Shown one piece after another: positions 10,301-19,434 of a stretch of DNA of 64,000 nt. The position numbers were made by a program, and so were the translations under genes. Under the pieces are notes generated by a model. The model was not told the DNA's origin. It saw only the letters and a list, made by a program, of their open reading frames with translations, and ran no database searches. Origin of the DNA: a virus (Duplodnaviria; Caudoviricetes). Every line of letters begins with the position of its first letter. The stretch's first letter is position 1. The stretch lies in IMG/VR virus record IMGVR_UViG_3300021431_000086, positions 61,932 to 125,931 of that record; one strand, written 5' to 3'.

Positions 10301-10918
10301 CCAAAGATATCAGGGACGGTCATGCGTGCAAAAGGCTGGGACGTAAACGAAGATGGTTACTTTACACTGTATGGCATTATATACTCTCTACTCGACAACA
10401 AAGGCAAAGCCCACGACGTGTTGTTCACTCCAATCAAAAATAACGGGGACGTCTTGACCCCAAGTGAAATGGAAAACTATGCAACATATTTCAATGGTTT
10501 TTCCATGGGTTTTGCATCTTCGTATGACCATGAGGCTTACGCCTTGATGATAGATATTGACACATCGGAGAGCAGGTCTTCGCTCCTGCAGGAACTACAG
10601 GTAATGTACTATGCCGATAGCACGGAGAATATACAGCCAATAAGTGTAAAAGACAATCCGCGCTATCTTGACATCACAACGCCGAATCTGCGCGGCCGGG
10701 GCTTGTGTGACAAATTCTACAAGGAATACAGCTATTGGATGAGGAATGCACGCATCGCCAGGAGGAAAGTTCCCATAGGGATGGCGCAGCTGCTCTCCAT
10801 TGATAAAACGGTACGTGTCAACGTGGGTGACATTACAGGTTTTATTCTGAAAATGCAATACACCGTAAGCAACAAGACGGGACTGGGAATGGTTGAAATG
10901 GATATTATGTACATCTAA
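7382..10918 (+). CDS. Large tail-tip/baseplate-like structural protein
   Basis: ~1178 aa from ATG 7382 (MEHLSLEIFDR...WSHSFSLNIPAN); size, late-promoter motif and tail context; internal ~130-aa duplication. Confidence 0.6.
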   Translation: MEHLSLEIFDREGTGSKYAWLPEDASITITDTSEIFASGDVWSHSFSLNIPANVHIFGTSGDLHGSRLHDQINKRKARLWVEGLPLYMGYLMLDDEVDVDENGNVDVRFESGNKTFDEMIKGTKAREVSVGDVVIGVALNRKRVVGIKRPCGVFRLDGLAAYVAKNHHHEGLDGYFCYFSVGKYDEWVRTPYAQRWPKLVKSHGNIYDSNGIAENKDYTNVQMPYDAGHPFCNINICYPLKATKITDGQSEEVAGRGYTIRLAHGTATTDGGDRQTRFNNSPNFYLLHFVDRLFKDLGIHVAENQALNVEDLRRVFMLNYGCHYEEIEDEYEDDEMDSHATPRKKVGRYGQFYLPLIQTGSGRAGGYLPVAGWENAGKQVLADEEIIGKALLRDLVLKERGSVIQNFGSVECRIATAQSNIPSFPFEGGLQFELIKDEHEEETGGYSAYLAYATGENYPNVEISEIVNAMKSMFGIRLIFDSDYSTVRIVLLRNILRNSDVQHINCDVLPAIKQENNIRGFRMTYGKGSDSTSFYYKGFADLFVRSAKIWKDTTDKHDYSKWNLDADYDIINSQVSAFNKTCYVTPVNGNAYGVQVDEDEDVLFPSLFEWAGFMDAEDGDCSGADETVEEIQCVAAPVIMNEINGTYASLFDSDLKAPSGAAQKIGTFARATYQPQELTNETVYAGMDIASNYTISGKLEIFLSEGFQIRMLDNYAISNGGTPFDEADPGLCFGIMRGSGSDAHVRYYEDQDDGEENDAWEIVPGNGAIVHPDTCDSYGNEWDYDGATGYKRVCTSPADAVEAMSAMFPDTHFSLTTRSSSTYMTGFFLPAVTDNTGKSHTLLMAGATKDQSPLMPGIMRQQYINDLQGKSIEQILEWDTNHYNLLIETDSSRERAQTLLNLQKLAYSNGGPVTVSGGTDVSQGRFSLKLRAEKLNPNFDPNRPEYRTVETKAEAAETMTEMFEGSNADLLNRPKISGTVMRAKGWDVNEDGYFTLYGIIYSLLDNKGKAHDVLFTPIKNNGDVLTPSEMENYATYFNGFSMGFASSYDHEAYALMIDIDTSESRSSLLQELQVMYYADSTENIQPISVKDNPRYLDITTPNLRGRGLCDKFYKEYSYWMRNARIARRKVPIGMAQLLSIDKTVRVNVGDITGFILKMQYTVSNKTGLGMVEMDIMYI

Positions 10919-10948
10919 AAAGCGATTACATCGCAGTATAGACACTGT

Positions 10949-12085
10949 ATGGCACAAAACATAGTAACGATTTCAGGGATGTTCGGCGACGACAAGACAT
11001 ATTTTGCCGGCTCACCCGTAGTGATAGGCATTCATGGGCTGGAATGGCCTGAAAGCAGTCCGTTCACAATCGTACATATCGAGGTTTTATATGACAACAA
11101 TATAGTGGGCAGCTTCCGGGCCGATGCTGGAGGACAGACTGAAGTCAGCATTGATATTGGCTCTGCCCTCCGGGCAATATGGAGCGACTATACATTTGCC
11201 AAGGAGGTTGAAGCGGCGAACAATGCTGCAGAATCCGCTGCATCTGGAGTATTCACCCCAAGCGGAGGGAGCGACTTCGATGCAAATGGGATTAGAAAAT
11301 ACCGCACATATTACCTGCGGATTAGCACTGAGTATTTGTCCAGCGATGACGGCGGCGTGTTCACTGTCACGCAGTGTGTTGACCAGAACGGGAACACGAA
11401 CATACCAGGGGGGAGGTGCATGATTGGGTGGCTCACGGAATGGGAACGCAGCAACATCGTGGACGAAGCGGATGCCGACGCCTCTCATCTGGAAAATACG
11501 AACCAGCGCGACGGAGACGCCAGCACAAAGCCGACAAGCACACCTGAACGGGTTGGCAGCCAGAGCATCACATCCTGGGTGGATGTGAGCAACAACGGGA
11601 CGCAATGTGTGTTCTATGCTCACGAAAACGGCTCACCCGACAGCCCCGCCTCCCATGCACCGATTGTACTACGCGATAGCATTCCATACACAGACTTTCT
11701 CTTCATCAACCGTCGCGGAGCCATCGAAACATGCAGCGGCATGACGAAGGAGACTATGGAAATAGACGTGAACGTCACACAATATGCTCGCGTGGAACAA
11801 CCTACGTTCCGCCCCAGCCGAAGTCTGATGGCCTTCGGCACCGACGGCAGACGGTCGTGGCAGATGTCCAGCGGCTACGTTACCCGCGAGTGGGCCGACT
11901 GGTGGACAATGGAGTTCCTGAGCGGTAAGCGCAAGCAGTGGTGGATGCGCTACCGGCGCGACGGCAGAGACATGTTTGTTCCCGTCATCGTAAAGCCCGC
12001 CAAGAACAGCGTCAGCATCTACGACAAGACAAAACAGCAGATGCCGCATGTGGACTTCACAGTGACACTGGCGCTGGAGGGGTAG
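10949..12085 (+). CDS. Putative tail structural protein
   Basis: 378 aa, co-oriented after the large tail gene; DFLFINRRGAIET motif resembles Bacteroidetes phage tail proteins. Confidence 0.55.
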   Translation: MAQNIVTISGMFGDDKTYFAGSPVVIGIHGLEWPESSPFTIVHIEVLYDNNIVGSFRADAGGQTEVSIDIGSALRAIWSDYTFAKEVEAANNAAESAASGVFTPSGGSDFDANGIRKYRTYYLRISTEYLSSDDGGVFTVTQCVDQNGNTNIPGGRCMIGWLTEWERSNIVDEADADASHLENTNQRDGDASTKPTSTPERVGSQSITSWVDVSNNGTQCVFYAHENGSPDSPASHAPIVLRDSIPYTDFLFINRRGAIETCSGMTKETMEIDVNVTQYARVEQPTFRPSRSLMAFGTDGRRSWQMSSGYVTREWADWWTMEFLSGKRKQWWMRYRRDGRDMFVPVIVKPAKNSVSIYDKTKQQMPHVDFTVTLALEG

Positions 12086-12087
12086 GC

Positions 12088-12122
12088 TGCCCTTGATTTT
12101 TGTGGGCGATATTTCGATATTG
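12088..12122 (+). promoter_or_regulatory. Late-promoter motif copy upstream of holin-like gene
   Basis: TGCCCTTGA-N23-TTG. Confidence 0.6.
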
Positions 12123-12148
12123 CGATATAACGTAATAACGCAAAGACT

Positions 12149-12598
12149 ATGACCGAAATCATTATCACGGCGCTTCTGAGTGCCATTACCAGCGGAGGAC
12201 TGGCCAGCATTTTCACCCTACGCGCAGCAAGGCGAAAGGCCGACGCCGACGCCATGCAGTCGGTACAGGATGTCTATCAACAGGCCCTGGCCGACCAGCA
12301 GAATTACATCGGCAAGTTGAAAGAAACGCGCGACCACCTGGTAACCGACCGTGAGGAGATGCGCCGCGAGAACAACGAGTTGCGGGAACGCCTAAACAAC
12401 ATGGATGAGAAAGTACGACAACTGGAATACGACGTGGCCCGCAATGGTAGAATGATGACCGCCCTGCGCCCTTTCCTTTGTGGTCGGTTGGATTGCCCCA
12501 ACCGGACGATGGTGGACCTGGGCAAAGCCACAGAGGTTGACGATGTGGAGCCTGCCGTGACATCGCACCCCAACCGCGCCCGCAAGGTCAAGAAATAG
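12149..12598 (+). CDS. Holin-like membrane protein (N-terminal TM + coiled coil)
   Basis: Hydrophobic MTEIIITALLSAITSGGLASIFTL, then coiled coil, C-terminal CxxxxC and basic tail. Confidence 0.5.
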   Translation: MTEIIITALLSAITSGGLASIFTLRAARRKADADAMQSVQDVYQQALADQQNYIGKLKETRDHLVTDREEMRRENNELRERLNNMDEKVRQLEYDVARNGRMMTALRPFLCGRLDCPNRTMVDLGKATEVDDVEPAVTSHPNRARKVKK

Positions 12599-12640
12599 TA
12601 TCGTAGCACTTTACGTTCTTCATGGGTTTTTAAGTTAGTT

Positions 12641-12684
12641 AATGCAAAAGGCCGCCGTCCGTAAGGATAGCGGCTTTTTGCATT
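12641..12684. terminator. Bidirectional intrinsic terminator between convergent operons
   Basis: aatgcaaaaggccgc...gcggctttttgcatt stem with A/T tracts. Confidence 0.75.
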
Positions 12685-12719
12685 TTTCTCGCGGAGTAGC
12701 GCGAGGCTCGGTGGCAAGG

Positions 12720-13058
12720 TCAGTCGAAACCGAAGGCGTGGTCCAATTCCTCCGTAGCTGGGTCGGCTGGACTGGGGCGAAGGTGGGCTGGCATGACCGT
12801 GGGTTCAAGAAGAAAACGTGGCAGCCATGCTTCGTCTGGACGAACGCCGGGAGTGTCGCAGAAGCGAATGCGGAGGTGACCGTGCCGTTCATCGACCGCC
12901 TCTCCCACGCGGTCGCGCCAATGGCGGACAAGGGCGAGCAGGGCACGGCGGTAGTCGTGTATGGACTCGTAGCCATGCAGCAGGTGATCGTCGAGCGGCG
13001 CGTTCCGAAGGTCGGGTAGCACGCGGTAGAATGTGGGGATAGTCTCTGTTTTCGTCAT
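12720..13058 (-). CDS. Hypothetical protein
   Basis: MTKTETIPTFYRV..., last gene of the leftward operon. Confidence 0.6.
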   Translation of the reverse strand: MTKTETIPTFYRVLPDLRNAPLDDHLLHGYESIHDYRRALLALVRHWRDRVGEAVDERHGHLRIRFCDTPGVRPDEAWLPRFLLEPTVMPAHLRPSPADPATEELDHAFGFD

Positions 13059-13090
13059 GTCGTTATTTGTTATGCCAAGATTTCGTCGGT

Positions 13091-13402
13091 TTACCATGTT
13101 TCCATCTGGTCGAACGCATCGGCTGCCTGCAGGGGCGGCTGTGGCGTTCCGGCTGTTTTTGCAGATATATCCTCCTCTGGCTCGTCCTCCCAACGCCTGT
13201 GGTTAAGATACCCTTGAGCATACATGCGGCTGATGCCGCGTTTCTTGCAGTCCTCACAATAGCGGTCAATGCCGTTGATTGCGGCTTGCTTGTCTTTAGC
13301 GGGGAGACGGTTCCATGCCCGCTCGGCGGCTATCTTGTCGCGCTTCAGAGCATAGAGATTCCAGAACTCGGCAAAGGTGGGAGCGTTCTTTTCTTTCGTC
13401 AT
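13091..13402 (-). CDS. Stand-alone replication-initiator C-terminal-like domain
   Basis: FAEFWNLY...K..AERAW..L...YLNHRRWEDE pattern of phage replisome-organiser C-termini. Confidence 0.6.
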   Translation of the reverse strand: MTKEKNAPTFAEFWNLYALKRDKIAAERAWNRLPAKDKQAAINGIDRYCEDCKKRGISRMYAQGYLNHRRWEDEPEEDISAKTAGTPQPPLQAADAFDQMETW

Positions 13403-13406
13403 TACG

Positions 13407-13805
13407 TTATTTCGTTGTTTTGTCATTGTAGCTGATTACTTCGATGCAGTCGCTCTTCTTCCAGGGGGAGAACCAGCGGCGTCTGCGGGTGAGCAGGAGG
13501 GTGTAGAGCAGGTCGTGGGGTGGTTCTTCCTGCACGACATGGAGGGCGAAAGGGGCGTTGTTGTAGTCCCATCCTGACCGAGGTGGCAGGTAGGCGGCAT
13601 AGGCGCGGAGGCGGCGCACCGTTTCAGGTATATCGATCTCGATTTGTTGCACTGGGTTGTCGCCGGGGGTCATGGCGTGCAGGGCAGCACGGGTCACGTA
13701 TGCCTCATGCTTGTCCTGCTTCATTTCGAGAAAACCCTGCTGCTCGTACTGATGCAGCATCTCGAAGTAGTCGAGCCAGGGGTGAAGGTCTTTATGCTTG
13801 CTCAT
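13407..13805 (-). CDS. Hypothetical protein
   Basis: MSKHKDLHPWLDYF..., operon-packed. Confidence 0.6.
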   Translation of the reverse strand: MSKHKDLHPWLDYFEMLHQYEQQGFLEMKQDKHEAYVTRAALHAMTPGDNPVQQIEIDIPETVRRLRAYAAYLPPRSGWDYNNAPFALHVVQEEPPHDLLYTLLLTRRRRWFSPWKKSDCIEVISYNDKTTK

Positions 13806-14370
13806 TGTCGGAGGAGGGTGCTTTGTGGAGATACACGTCGAGGATTTTTGTCTCGCTGATGTTCGACTTCTCATAGTCAATCATCGTGCCTTGCATGGCG
13901 ACGTTGATGTTCTGCACGGCATTGTCGAGCGAGGTTGCCTGCACGAGGTAGGTCACGCTGGTGCGCTTCTCCTTGGCAGTCTTATCGTCGAGCGTAATGA
14001 AGGCGAGCTTGGCCTTGAACCAGCGGGAGTCGGAGTTGTTCTGCTGCTCCAAGGGGCGGTGAAATACTTTCTTTGCCACCAGGAAATCTCCTTTCTGGAA
14101 TGCACGAGTCATTTCCTCCACTTCGTTTTGGAATTTCTTGGCAACGTCAGACATGAGGATAATTTCCTTGTAGGCGGCCTTCTTTACGTCGGTTACTTCA
14201 AACTCGCCACTGAAGTATTGTTTCATTTCCTCAATGAAACGTGTCTCTGCTTCGCTGAACGAGAGGGCTTCGACGACGTACTGTTCTGTCACTTTCTTCT
14301 GCAGGCCGTTCTCCTGCGTTTGGTCGTAGCGCACCTTGCACTCGAACCAGGTTGATGTAATTGTTTTCAT
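13792..14370 (-). CDS. DUF4494-like protein
   Basis: WFECKVRY....NGLQKKVTEQYVVEALSFSEAE and RWFKAKLAFITLDDKTAKEK signatures. Confidence 0.8.
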   Translation of the reverse strand: MKTITSTWFECKVRYDQTQENGLQKKVTEQYVVEALSFSEAETRFIEEMKQYFSGEFEVTDVKKAAYKEIILMSDVAKKFQNEVEEMTRAFQKGDFLVAKKVFHRPLEQQNNSDSRWFKAKLAFITLDDKTAKEKRTSVTYLVQATSLDNAVQNINVAMQGTMIDYEKSNISETKILDVYLHKAPSSDNEQA

Positions 14371-14382
14371 TGTTTGTTGTTT

Positions 14383-16080
14383 TTATTTGTTTATATTCTT
14401 CAGTTTCTTGCTCAGTGCCTCGCAGAGCACACGGCTCATGTTCACTTCCACGGCATTGCCGATGTACTTCTTCTGCTCGGCCTGGGTGCCTACCAGCACA
14501 TAGTCGGTGGGGAAGCCCATGATGCGTTTCAGTTCGCCGATGTTGAGCATACGCATACAGATGTCGATGATGCCATAGGCGGCCATGAACTCCTTCACCT
14601 TTCGTGTCCAGGGACTGTCGCTCTCGTAGATGGCGATGCCCACCGCGCCTTCCTTGGTGGTAATGAGGTAGGGCGGCATCTTATCCATACGCGCAATGAG
14701 CGTAAAACAAGGTTTTTCGACAGAGCCGCCTGCTGATGCAAACTGAGGATTCATCAAGTAATGATACTTGTGACATGCTGTTATGACTGGTGCCGGCCCA
14801 TCGATAGATCTTCCGACATTATTGAAGTCGGTGCTCATCACCCACGGCTTGCAGGTAACAATTTTCTGTTTTGGCGTAGTGAGCACGGCGGGGTTCGGCT
14901 GTTCAATGCTGGAGAGCTGACCGCCGCCGCTATATTCGTTGGCGATGAACTTCGTGCTCACCAGAGAAATCCTGTCCTTCGTGGTCACGGTGGGTGCAGG
15001 TGCGTCAACCGATGAGTTGTAGCCGTTCCCGTAGTAAGCCGTCACGAAGGCGTGGTGGTCGATGGTGGTCACGGTGCCGGCCGGCTGCTCGATGTCGATG
15101 TTCTTGCTCTCCGGGTCGCCGCTGAACTGCTTCGAGAGGAACTGGCACTTCACCAGTCCGAGGCGGTTCTGGCAGGCCACCGTGGGACACGGCTCGTCAA
15201 TAGAGGGTGCGTTGTGGTGGTTCTGCCGATTCATGGAGTTGTACTTCAATATCCATGCCTCGTGCTGCTTCTTGCCTCCGGCTACGAACTTCACCAGCCC
15301 TGCATAGATGCGCTCCAGCGTCTTCTCGCAGAGGGGCTTCTTGCGGGTGAAGATGCTCTCGCCGTCGTCGTCGAGGTCGAGCACGTCGCGCACAGCCTTC
15401 CACTTGTGGTACATGCGGAACATGCCGCCCTCGTCACCGTTCTTGGCGTAGGTCTGTTCGGGGAAGGCTATCGGAAGTCCCTTCTTGGCGAACTGCCCGA
15501 AGAACCGCTTGCGCGAGGTGTAGGCCCCAAAGTCGGCGGCGTTCAGGATGCGCCAGTCGAAGTTGTAGCCGTATTCGCATACGTTCTTCACCCACCTCAG
15601 GTAGTCGCTGCCTTGGTCCTTGCTCACGGGCTTGCCGTTCTCGTCGAGTGCGCCCCAGCACATGAACTCCTCCACATTCTCAATCTGGATATAGTCTGTG
15701 TCAAGTACTTCAATGTAGCGAAACAGATGCTCGGCCAGCGTGCGGCTGTCGGCGTCGCGTGGCTGTCCGCCCTTGGCTTTTGAGAAATTGGTACATTCCA
15801 GTGATGCCCACAGCACCACCTTCGCTTCGGGGTATTTTTCTTTCATCTTCCGTAGGTGATTCAACATCGGGGTCAGCTCCAGCGTGCGGATGTCCTCAGT
15901 GAAGTGGAGCGTGTGCGGATGGTTGGCCTGGTGTGAGAGTATTGCGTTCTTGTCGTGGTTGACGCATGCTATCACCTCGGCGCACTTCCTGCCATCCACA
16001 CGGGCATACTCCACGCCGCTTGACGTGCCGCCCGCCCCGCAGAAGAGGTCGATGTATAGTAGAGTTATATTATTTTTCAT
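14383..16080 (-). CDS. dcm: DNA cytosine-5 methyltransferase (orphan)
   Basis: Motif I DLFCGAGG, variant motif IV SLECTNFS, ENV, RKRFF, C-terminal IGNAV. Confidence 0.92.
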   Translation of the reverse strand: MKNNITLLYIDLFCGAGGTSSGVEYARVDGRKCAEVIACVNHDKNAILSHQANHPHTLHFTEDIRTLELTPMLNHLRKMKEKYPEAKVVLWASLECTNFSKAKGGQPRDADSRTLAEHLFRYIEVLDTDYIQIENVEEFMCWGALDENGKPVSKDQGSDYLRWVKNVCEYGYNFDWRILNAADFGAYTSRKRFFGQFAKKGLPIAFPEQTYAKNGDEGGMFRMYHKWKAVRDVLDLDDDGESIFTRKKPLCEKTLERIYAGLVKFVAGGKKQHEAWILKYNSMNRQNHHNAPSIDEPCPTVACQNRLGLVKCQFLSKQFSGDPESKNIDIEQPAGTVTTIDHHAFVTAYYGNGYNSSVDAPAPTVTTKDRISLVSTKFIANEYSGGGQLSSIEQPNPAVLTTPKQKIVTCKPWVMSTDFNNVGRSIDGPAPVITACHKYHYLMNPQFASAGGSVEKPCFTLIARMDKMPPYLITTKEGAVGIAIYESDSPWTRKVKEFMAAYGIIDICMRMLNIGELKRIMGFPTDYVLVGTQAEQKKYIGNAVEVNMSRVLCEALSKKLKNINK

Positions 16081-16136
16081 GTTAAAAATTTAGACTTAAT
16101 TGTACTGGCGTTTTTGGCTGTTTTGCTTTTGTTTTC

Positions 16137-16829
16137 TCAGTCCTCCTTATACTTCTTTATCACTTCATCGCAGATGCGGAGCACGCGCTCCACCTTGTCG
16201 AGGTCCAGCCAGTCGTCGGTGCGCACGCCGCTCTCCATGTCAATCCAGAACTCACCGTGGCGGACGTTCTCAAAGAGGTAGCGCAGTTTGTCGGCCACGT
16301 TCTCCGCGTTGATGCCGCCGGCATAACCAACCTTACCGTCACATTTGAGGATTTCAATGGGAGTATTTATACCCTGTCCGCCAGAGGCATCAAGCAGGAT
16401 AGATGTATTCACCCACTTGCTTCGCTCATAAAATTCGATGTCATGAATGCCTCTCTGCTGGATAATAACCTCGGTATGATTATAGGGCGTGCTTGCAAGC
16501 CTATACGGGATATCAGCCCGGTTGGCTATGTTCAGTTGAACGCGTTTGAACAGTCCAAGGCAATAATTTAAATGCTTACAGAGTCTATACCAATACCCGT
16601 CCGCTGCGTCAGAAGCTGCACGGCCGCATACGTGCAAAGCAAGGTTCAGCCTCTGTCCCCACAGATTGCAAAGGAACTGCGGATTGATATATCGGTTGCC
16701 GTTCTCATACCAGTGGTAGCTCGTCAGCACGCCGAACTCTGCCAACGGCCAACACTCTTGAATCTTCTTCAGTCGCTCGATGTCGGTACGGGCATCTACG
16801 CCAGTGAATGTAATGTGTTTTAGTCTCAT
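16137..16829 (-). CDS. TrpF/PRAI-like TIM-barrel protein (phage type)
   Basis: LLDASGGQG, GYAGGINAENV and WIDMESGVRT motifs. Confidence 0.7.
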   Translation of the reverse strand: MRLKHITFTGVDARTDIERLKKIQECWPLAEFGVLTSYHWYENGNRYINPQFLCNLWGQRLNLALHVCGRAASDAADGYWYRLCKHLNYCLGLFKRVQLNIANRADIPYRLASTPYNHTEVIIQQRGIHDIEFYERSKWVNTSILLDASGGQGINTPIEILKCDGKVGYAGGINAENVADKLRYLFENVRHGEFWIDMESGVRTDDWLDLDKVERVLRICDEVIKKYKED

Positions 16830-16842
16830 ATCGCCTTATTAT

Positions 16843-17040
16843 TTATTGTTTTTTATTATTCCATGCGTCGAAGATGTCTCTGCCTTCTTTGACGCCGAAG
16901 ATGGTAGTAATGGCTTTCAGTTTCTCCCTGTCTAAGCATTTGCGGCAGTAGGGGTGGCTGGGGATGTCGGGGTCGATGACGGGCCAAAAGGCCACTGCCT
17001 GTGCGCCACATTTGCAGCATTTGCATTCCGAGGCTTTCAT
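16843..17040 (-). CDS. Small Cys-rich hypothetical protein
   Basis: CCKC...CRKC. Confidence 0.6.
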   Translation of the reverse strand: MKASECKCCKCGAQAVAFWPVIDPDIPSHPYCRKCLDREKLKAITTIFGVKEGRDIFDAWNNKKQ

Positions 17041-17043
17041 ACG

Positions 17044-17298
17044 TCAGTCCTCCTTGCCTTTATCTATCAGCACCATCTTGAAGATGGGCTTGTCGCCGTC
17101 GGTGATTACCACGGTGTCGGTGTTGTGTTCGTCACAATAGTTGCGCAGATAAAACTCAGAGAGTCCAATCATTTCGCCCTCGGTGATAGGTCGGCGGTCT
17201 TGGCTCATGGTCTGATGGCCGTGCTTGGTGGGTTTCTTTTTCTTGGCGAGATAGGCATTGGCGAATCCCGTCACGATGATGTAATCTGTTGCTGCCAT
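17044..17298 (-). CDS. Hypothetical protein
   Basis: 84 aa, operon-packed. Confidence 0.65.
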   Translation of the reverse strand: MAATDYIIVTGFANAYLAKKKKPTKHGHQTMSQDRRPITEGEMIGLSEFYLRNYCDEHNTDTVVITDGDKPIFKMVLIDKGKED

Positions 17299-17309
17299 AG
17301 TTACTTTAA

Positions 17310-17600
17310 TTATTTATTCTCATTAATTTTTGCCTCCTTTATCGTTTTTAATTTCAGTCCAACCCTCGCCATAGCGAGTGTATAACTATGTTCTTCCGTC
17401 CATTTTATAGCGCGTCCGAAAATGCGTTTTAGAAGATTGTCGATGTATTCCTCCCCATCTTCGCGCACATGCACATGGAAAGATAGGCATCGTGCAAGTA
17501 TTTCCACGCCTACGTCTTCTGCCTCCTCCCAAGACATTCCTTTCATGCGCTGGTCAACGCGCTCGATGGGGGTCATATCGGATAGTTTCTTTCTGCTCAT
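17310..17600 (-). CDS. Hypothetical protein
   Basis: 96 aa, operon-packed. Confidence 0.65.
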   Translation of the reverse strand: MSRKKLSDMTPIERVDQRMKGMSWEEAEDVGVEILARCLSFHVHVREDGEEYIDNLLKRIFGRAIKWTEEHSYTLAMARVGLKLKTIKEAKINENK

Positions 17601-17791
17601 AATGCCATATCCGTCTTTAACCCAGCCTTAATCATTTCGTCCATTTGTTCCTTCGACACTTCGATTATCACCTTCACGTTTGCGGGCTTCTTTGTCACCT
17701 TGTGCTCAACCTTGAAGGGAACATCTTTAAGCCATCCGTTGATGTAACTAATTGCCAACTCTCTCAACATTTGTGTTTGTAGTTCATTCAT
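17597..17791 (-). CDS. Hypothetical protein
   Basis: 64 aa, ATGA overlap with next gene. Confidence 0.6.
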   Translation of the reverse strand: MNELQTQMLRELAISYINGWLKDVPFKVEHKVTKKPANVKVIIEVSKEQMDEMIKAGLKTDMAL

Positions 17792-17836
17792 AACTTACAA
17801 TTTTTATGGTGCATTTATTCACCATATTTTTTACGT

Positions 17837-18175
17837 TTATTTTGTTTTTATCGCCTGCTCATAGATAACTTTAAGCTCTTTATCATCTGCGTGAGGGTGA
17901 CTATACAGCACCGCCAGGAATTTGTCACGTCCCAGCTTACGGTAATACTTTACAAAGTCCTCACGGCAAAGGTCGCAGGGTTCTCCAGGTTCAATGGCTT
18001 TGTCGCGCCCTGCCTTCTCAGCCTCAATGGAGCATTGGAATATGTCCTTGCCTTCTTTGTTCACGATTACATAACGGTGGCCGCCCACCTTGATTTGCCC
18101 ATAATAACGGGCAATGGAGAATTGGCTGTTAGCCCAGAACTCCTCTGTCATACATATTGGTTTGAAGTCGTTCAT
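17837..18175 (-). CDS. Hypothetical protein
   Basis: 112 aa with A-rich start context. Confidence 0.7.
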   Translation of the reverse strand: MNDFKPICMTEEFWANSQFSIARYYGQIKVGGHRYVIVNKEGKDIFQCSIEAEKAGRDKAIEPGEPCDLCREDFVKYYRKLGRDKFLAVLYSHPHADDKELKVIYEQAIKTK

Positions 18176-18194
18176 AGTTTAGTGGTTGTTATTG

Positions 18195-18491
18195 TTATTT
18201 CTCCTTCTTATATCTCAACTTGAATGTGATGTGAAACCGATTCCATTTCACGCTGACATACCAATCGTCAGCCTTCAGCAACCTCTTCCACTCGGTCAGC
18301 AATTCCTCATCGTAGTCATATCGGGTACTTAGTTGCAATTTAACCCCGAAGCCTATATCTTCGCCCGTGTTCATGTTCACAAGTGGCAGTACCTCGTAGT
18401 CCCTGATGACTTCAGCATCAAATTGTGCCTTGATTACGCCAATGGCGGCTACTGCGTCTTTCAGCAGATTGTCTTTTTCTTTCTCGCTCAT
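18195..18491 (-). CDS. Hypothetical protein
   Basis: MSEKEKDN..., start after AAGGAACT. Confidence 0.6.
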   Translation of the reverse strand: MSEKEKDNLLKDAVAAIGVIKAQFDAEVIRDYEVLPLVNMNTGEDIGFGVKLQLSTRYDYDEELLTEWKRLLKADDWYVSVKWNRFHITFKLRYKKEK

Positions 18492-18568
18492 AGTTCCTTG
18501 ATTTTTTGTTTTAACACGAATCGCCACGAATGGGCACGAATTAAAAGAGTGAAGAGTGAAGAATTTGG

Positions 18569-19018
18569 CTACCGCTCGATGACGATTTTCTGATATTCCT
18601 CCAGCATACGGTGGTAGCCGTTATCCATGCCCCACCAACGGCCTTCGGTGTCTTGAATGAGCCAGCCGTTATCTTCGACGATGGTGTGGTTGTCTGACAT
18701 CTTCACGCTGAGTGTAGGAGTCCGCGACATATCAAACGACCATTCAGCGATGACACCTTCTTTCGCCAATTCCTGAAGTTGGTTGAAATTATTGATATGA
18801 ACTTCAATCTCTCGCTTGACGTGTATCACGGGCAGGTTCTTGAATCGTGCCAGCCGTTGCTCGCGTTGCCAATGTTCCTTGATAGTCTGAAATGCGCTGA
18901 GTGCATAGGTCTGACTCTTGGTGTCGGCTTCGTTGAAGTTCACCATCTTGCCCGGCTCTTCCATCGGTTCAATTCGGCACACGGCAAAGGCTCCGTTGTA
19001 GTCAATTTCGATTTTCAT
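18569..19018 (-). CDS. Hypothetical protein
   Basis: MKIEIDY..., ATGA overlap with upstream gene. Confidence 0.6.
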   Translation of the reverse strand: MKIEIDYNGAFAVCRIEPMEEPGKMVNFNEADTKSQTYALSAFQTIKEHWQREQRLARFKNLPVIHVKREIEVHINNFNQLQELAKEGVIAEWSFDMSRTPTLSVKMSDNHTIVEDNGWLIQDTEGRWWGMDNGYHRMLEEYQKIVIER

Positions 19019-19413
19019 TTCTTTGGTTTCTTTAATGGGTTGACATAGATATTCCACGTTCCGACCTTTTCTTCAGCATTGGCACCATAGATGCGATGTA
19101 CCACCTCATAGTGATGGTGTGCGCCATCTTTCCATATCACAATGCGCTCGTCAACATCGGGCACGCTGCACGTCCAAAGGTCGGCAATGATTTCGTCGTT
19201 GCTGTTGTTGAAAACATAGACGTGCATCTTCCCGTCCTTCGTCTCTTGCCAATATTTATAATCTTGTCTAACCTTGCATAAGAAGTAGGACACATCTGCG
19301 CAAAGGTCGCTCACTCTGATGGCTCCCGTGTCCGTCTGCTTGTTCTCGTTCTCTTTCACGCACTGGTTTAGTGCTGCGATGGCTTGATGAATGTTTTCGT
19401 AATTAATTGTCAT
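19015..19413 (-). CDS. Hypothetical protein
   Basis: 132 aa, operon-packed. Confidence 0.65.
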   Translation of the reverse strand: MTINYENIHQAIAALNQCVKENENKQTDTGAIRVSDLCADVSYFLCKVRQDYKYWQETKDGKMHVYVFNNSNDEIIADLWTCSVPDVDERIVIWKDGAHHHYEVVHRIYGANAEEKVGTWNIYVNPLKKPKK

Positions 19414-19434
19414 AGTTCCTTGATGTTTTAATTG

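Noticed and set aside
1-12085. Diversity-generating retroelement acting on tail genes
   Set aside because: No reverse transcriptase and no template/variable repeat pair differing at adenines was seen in the window.
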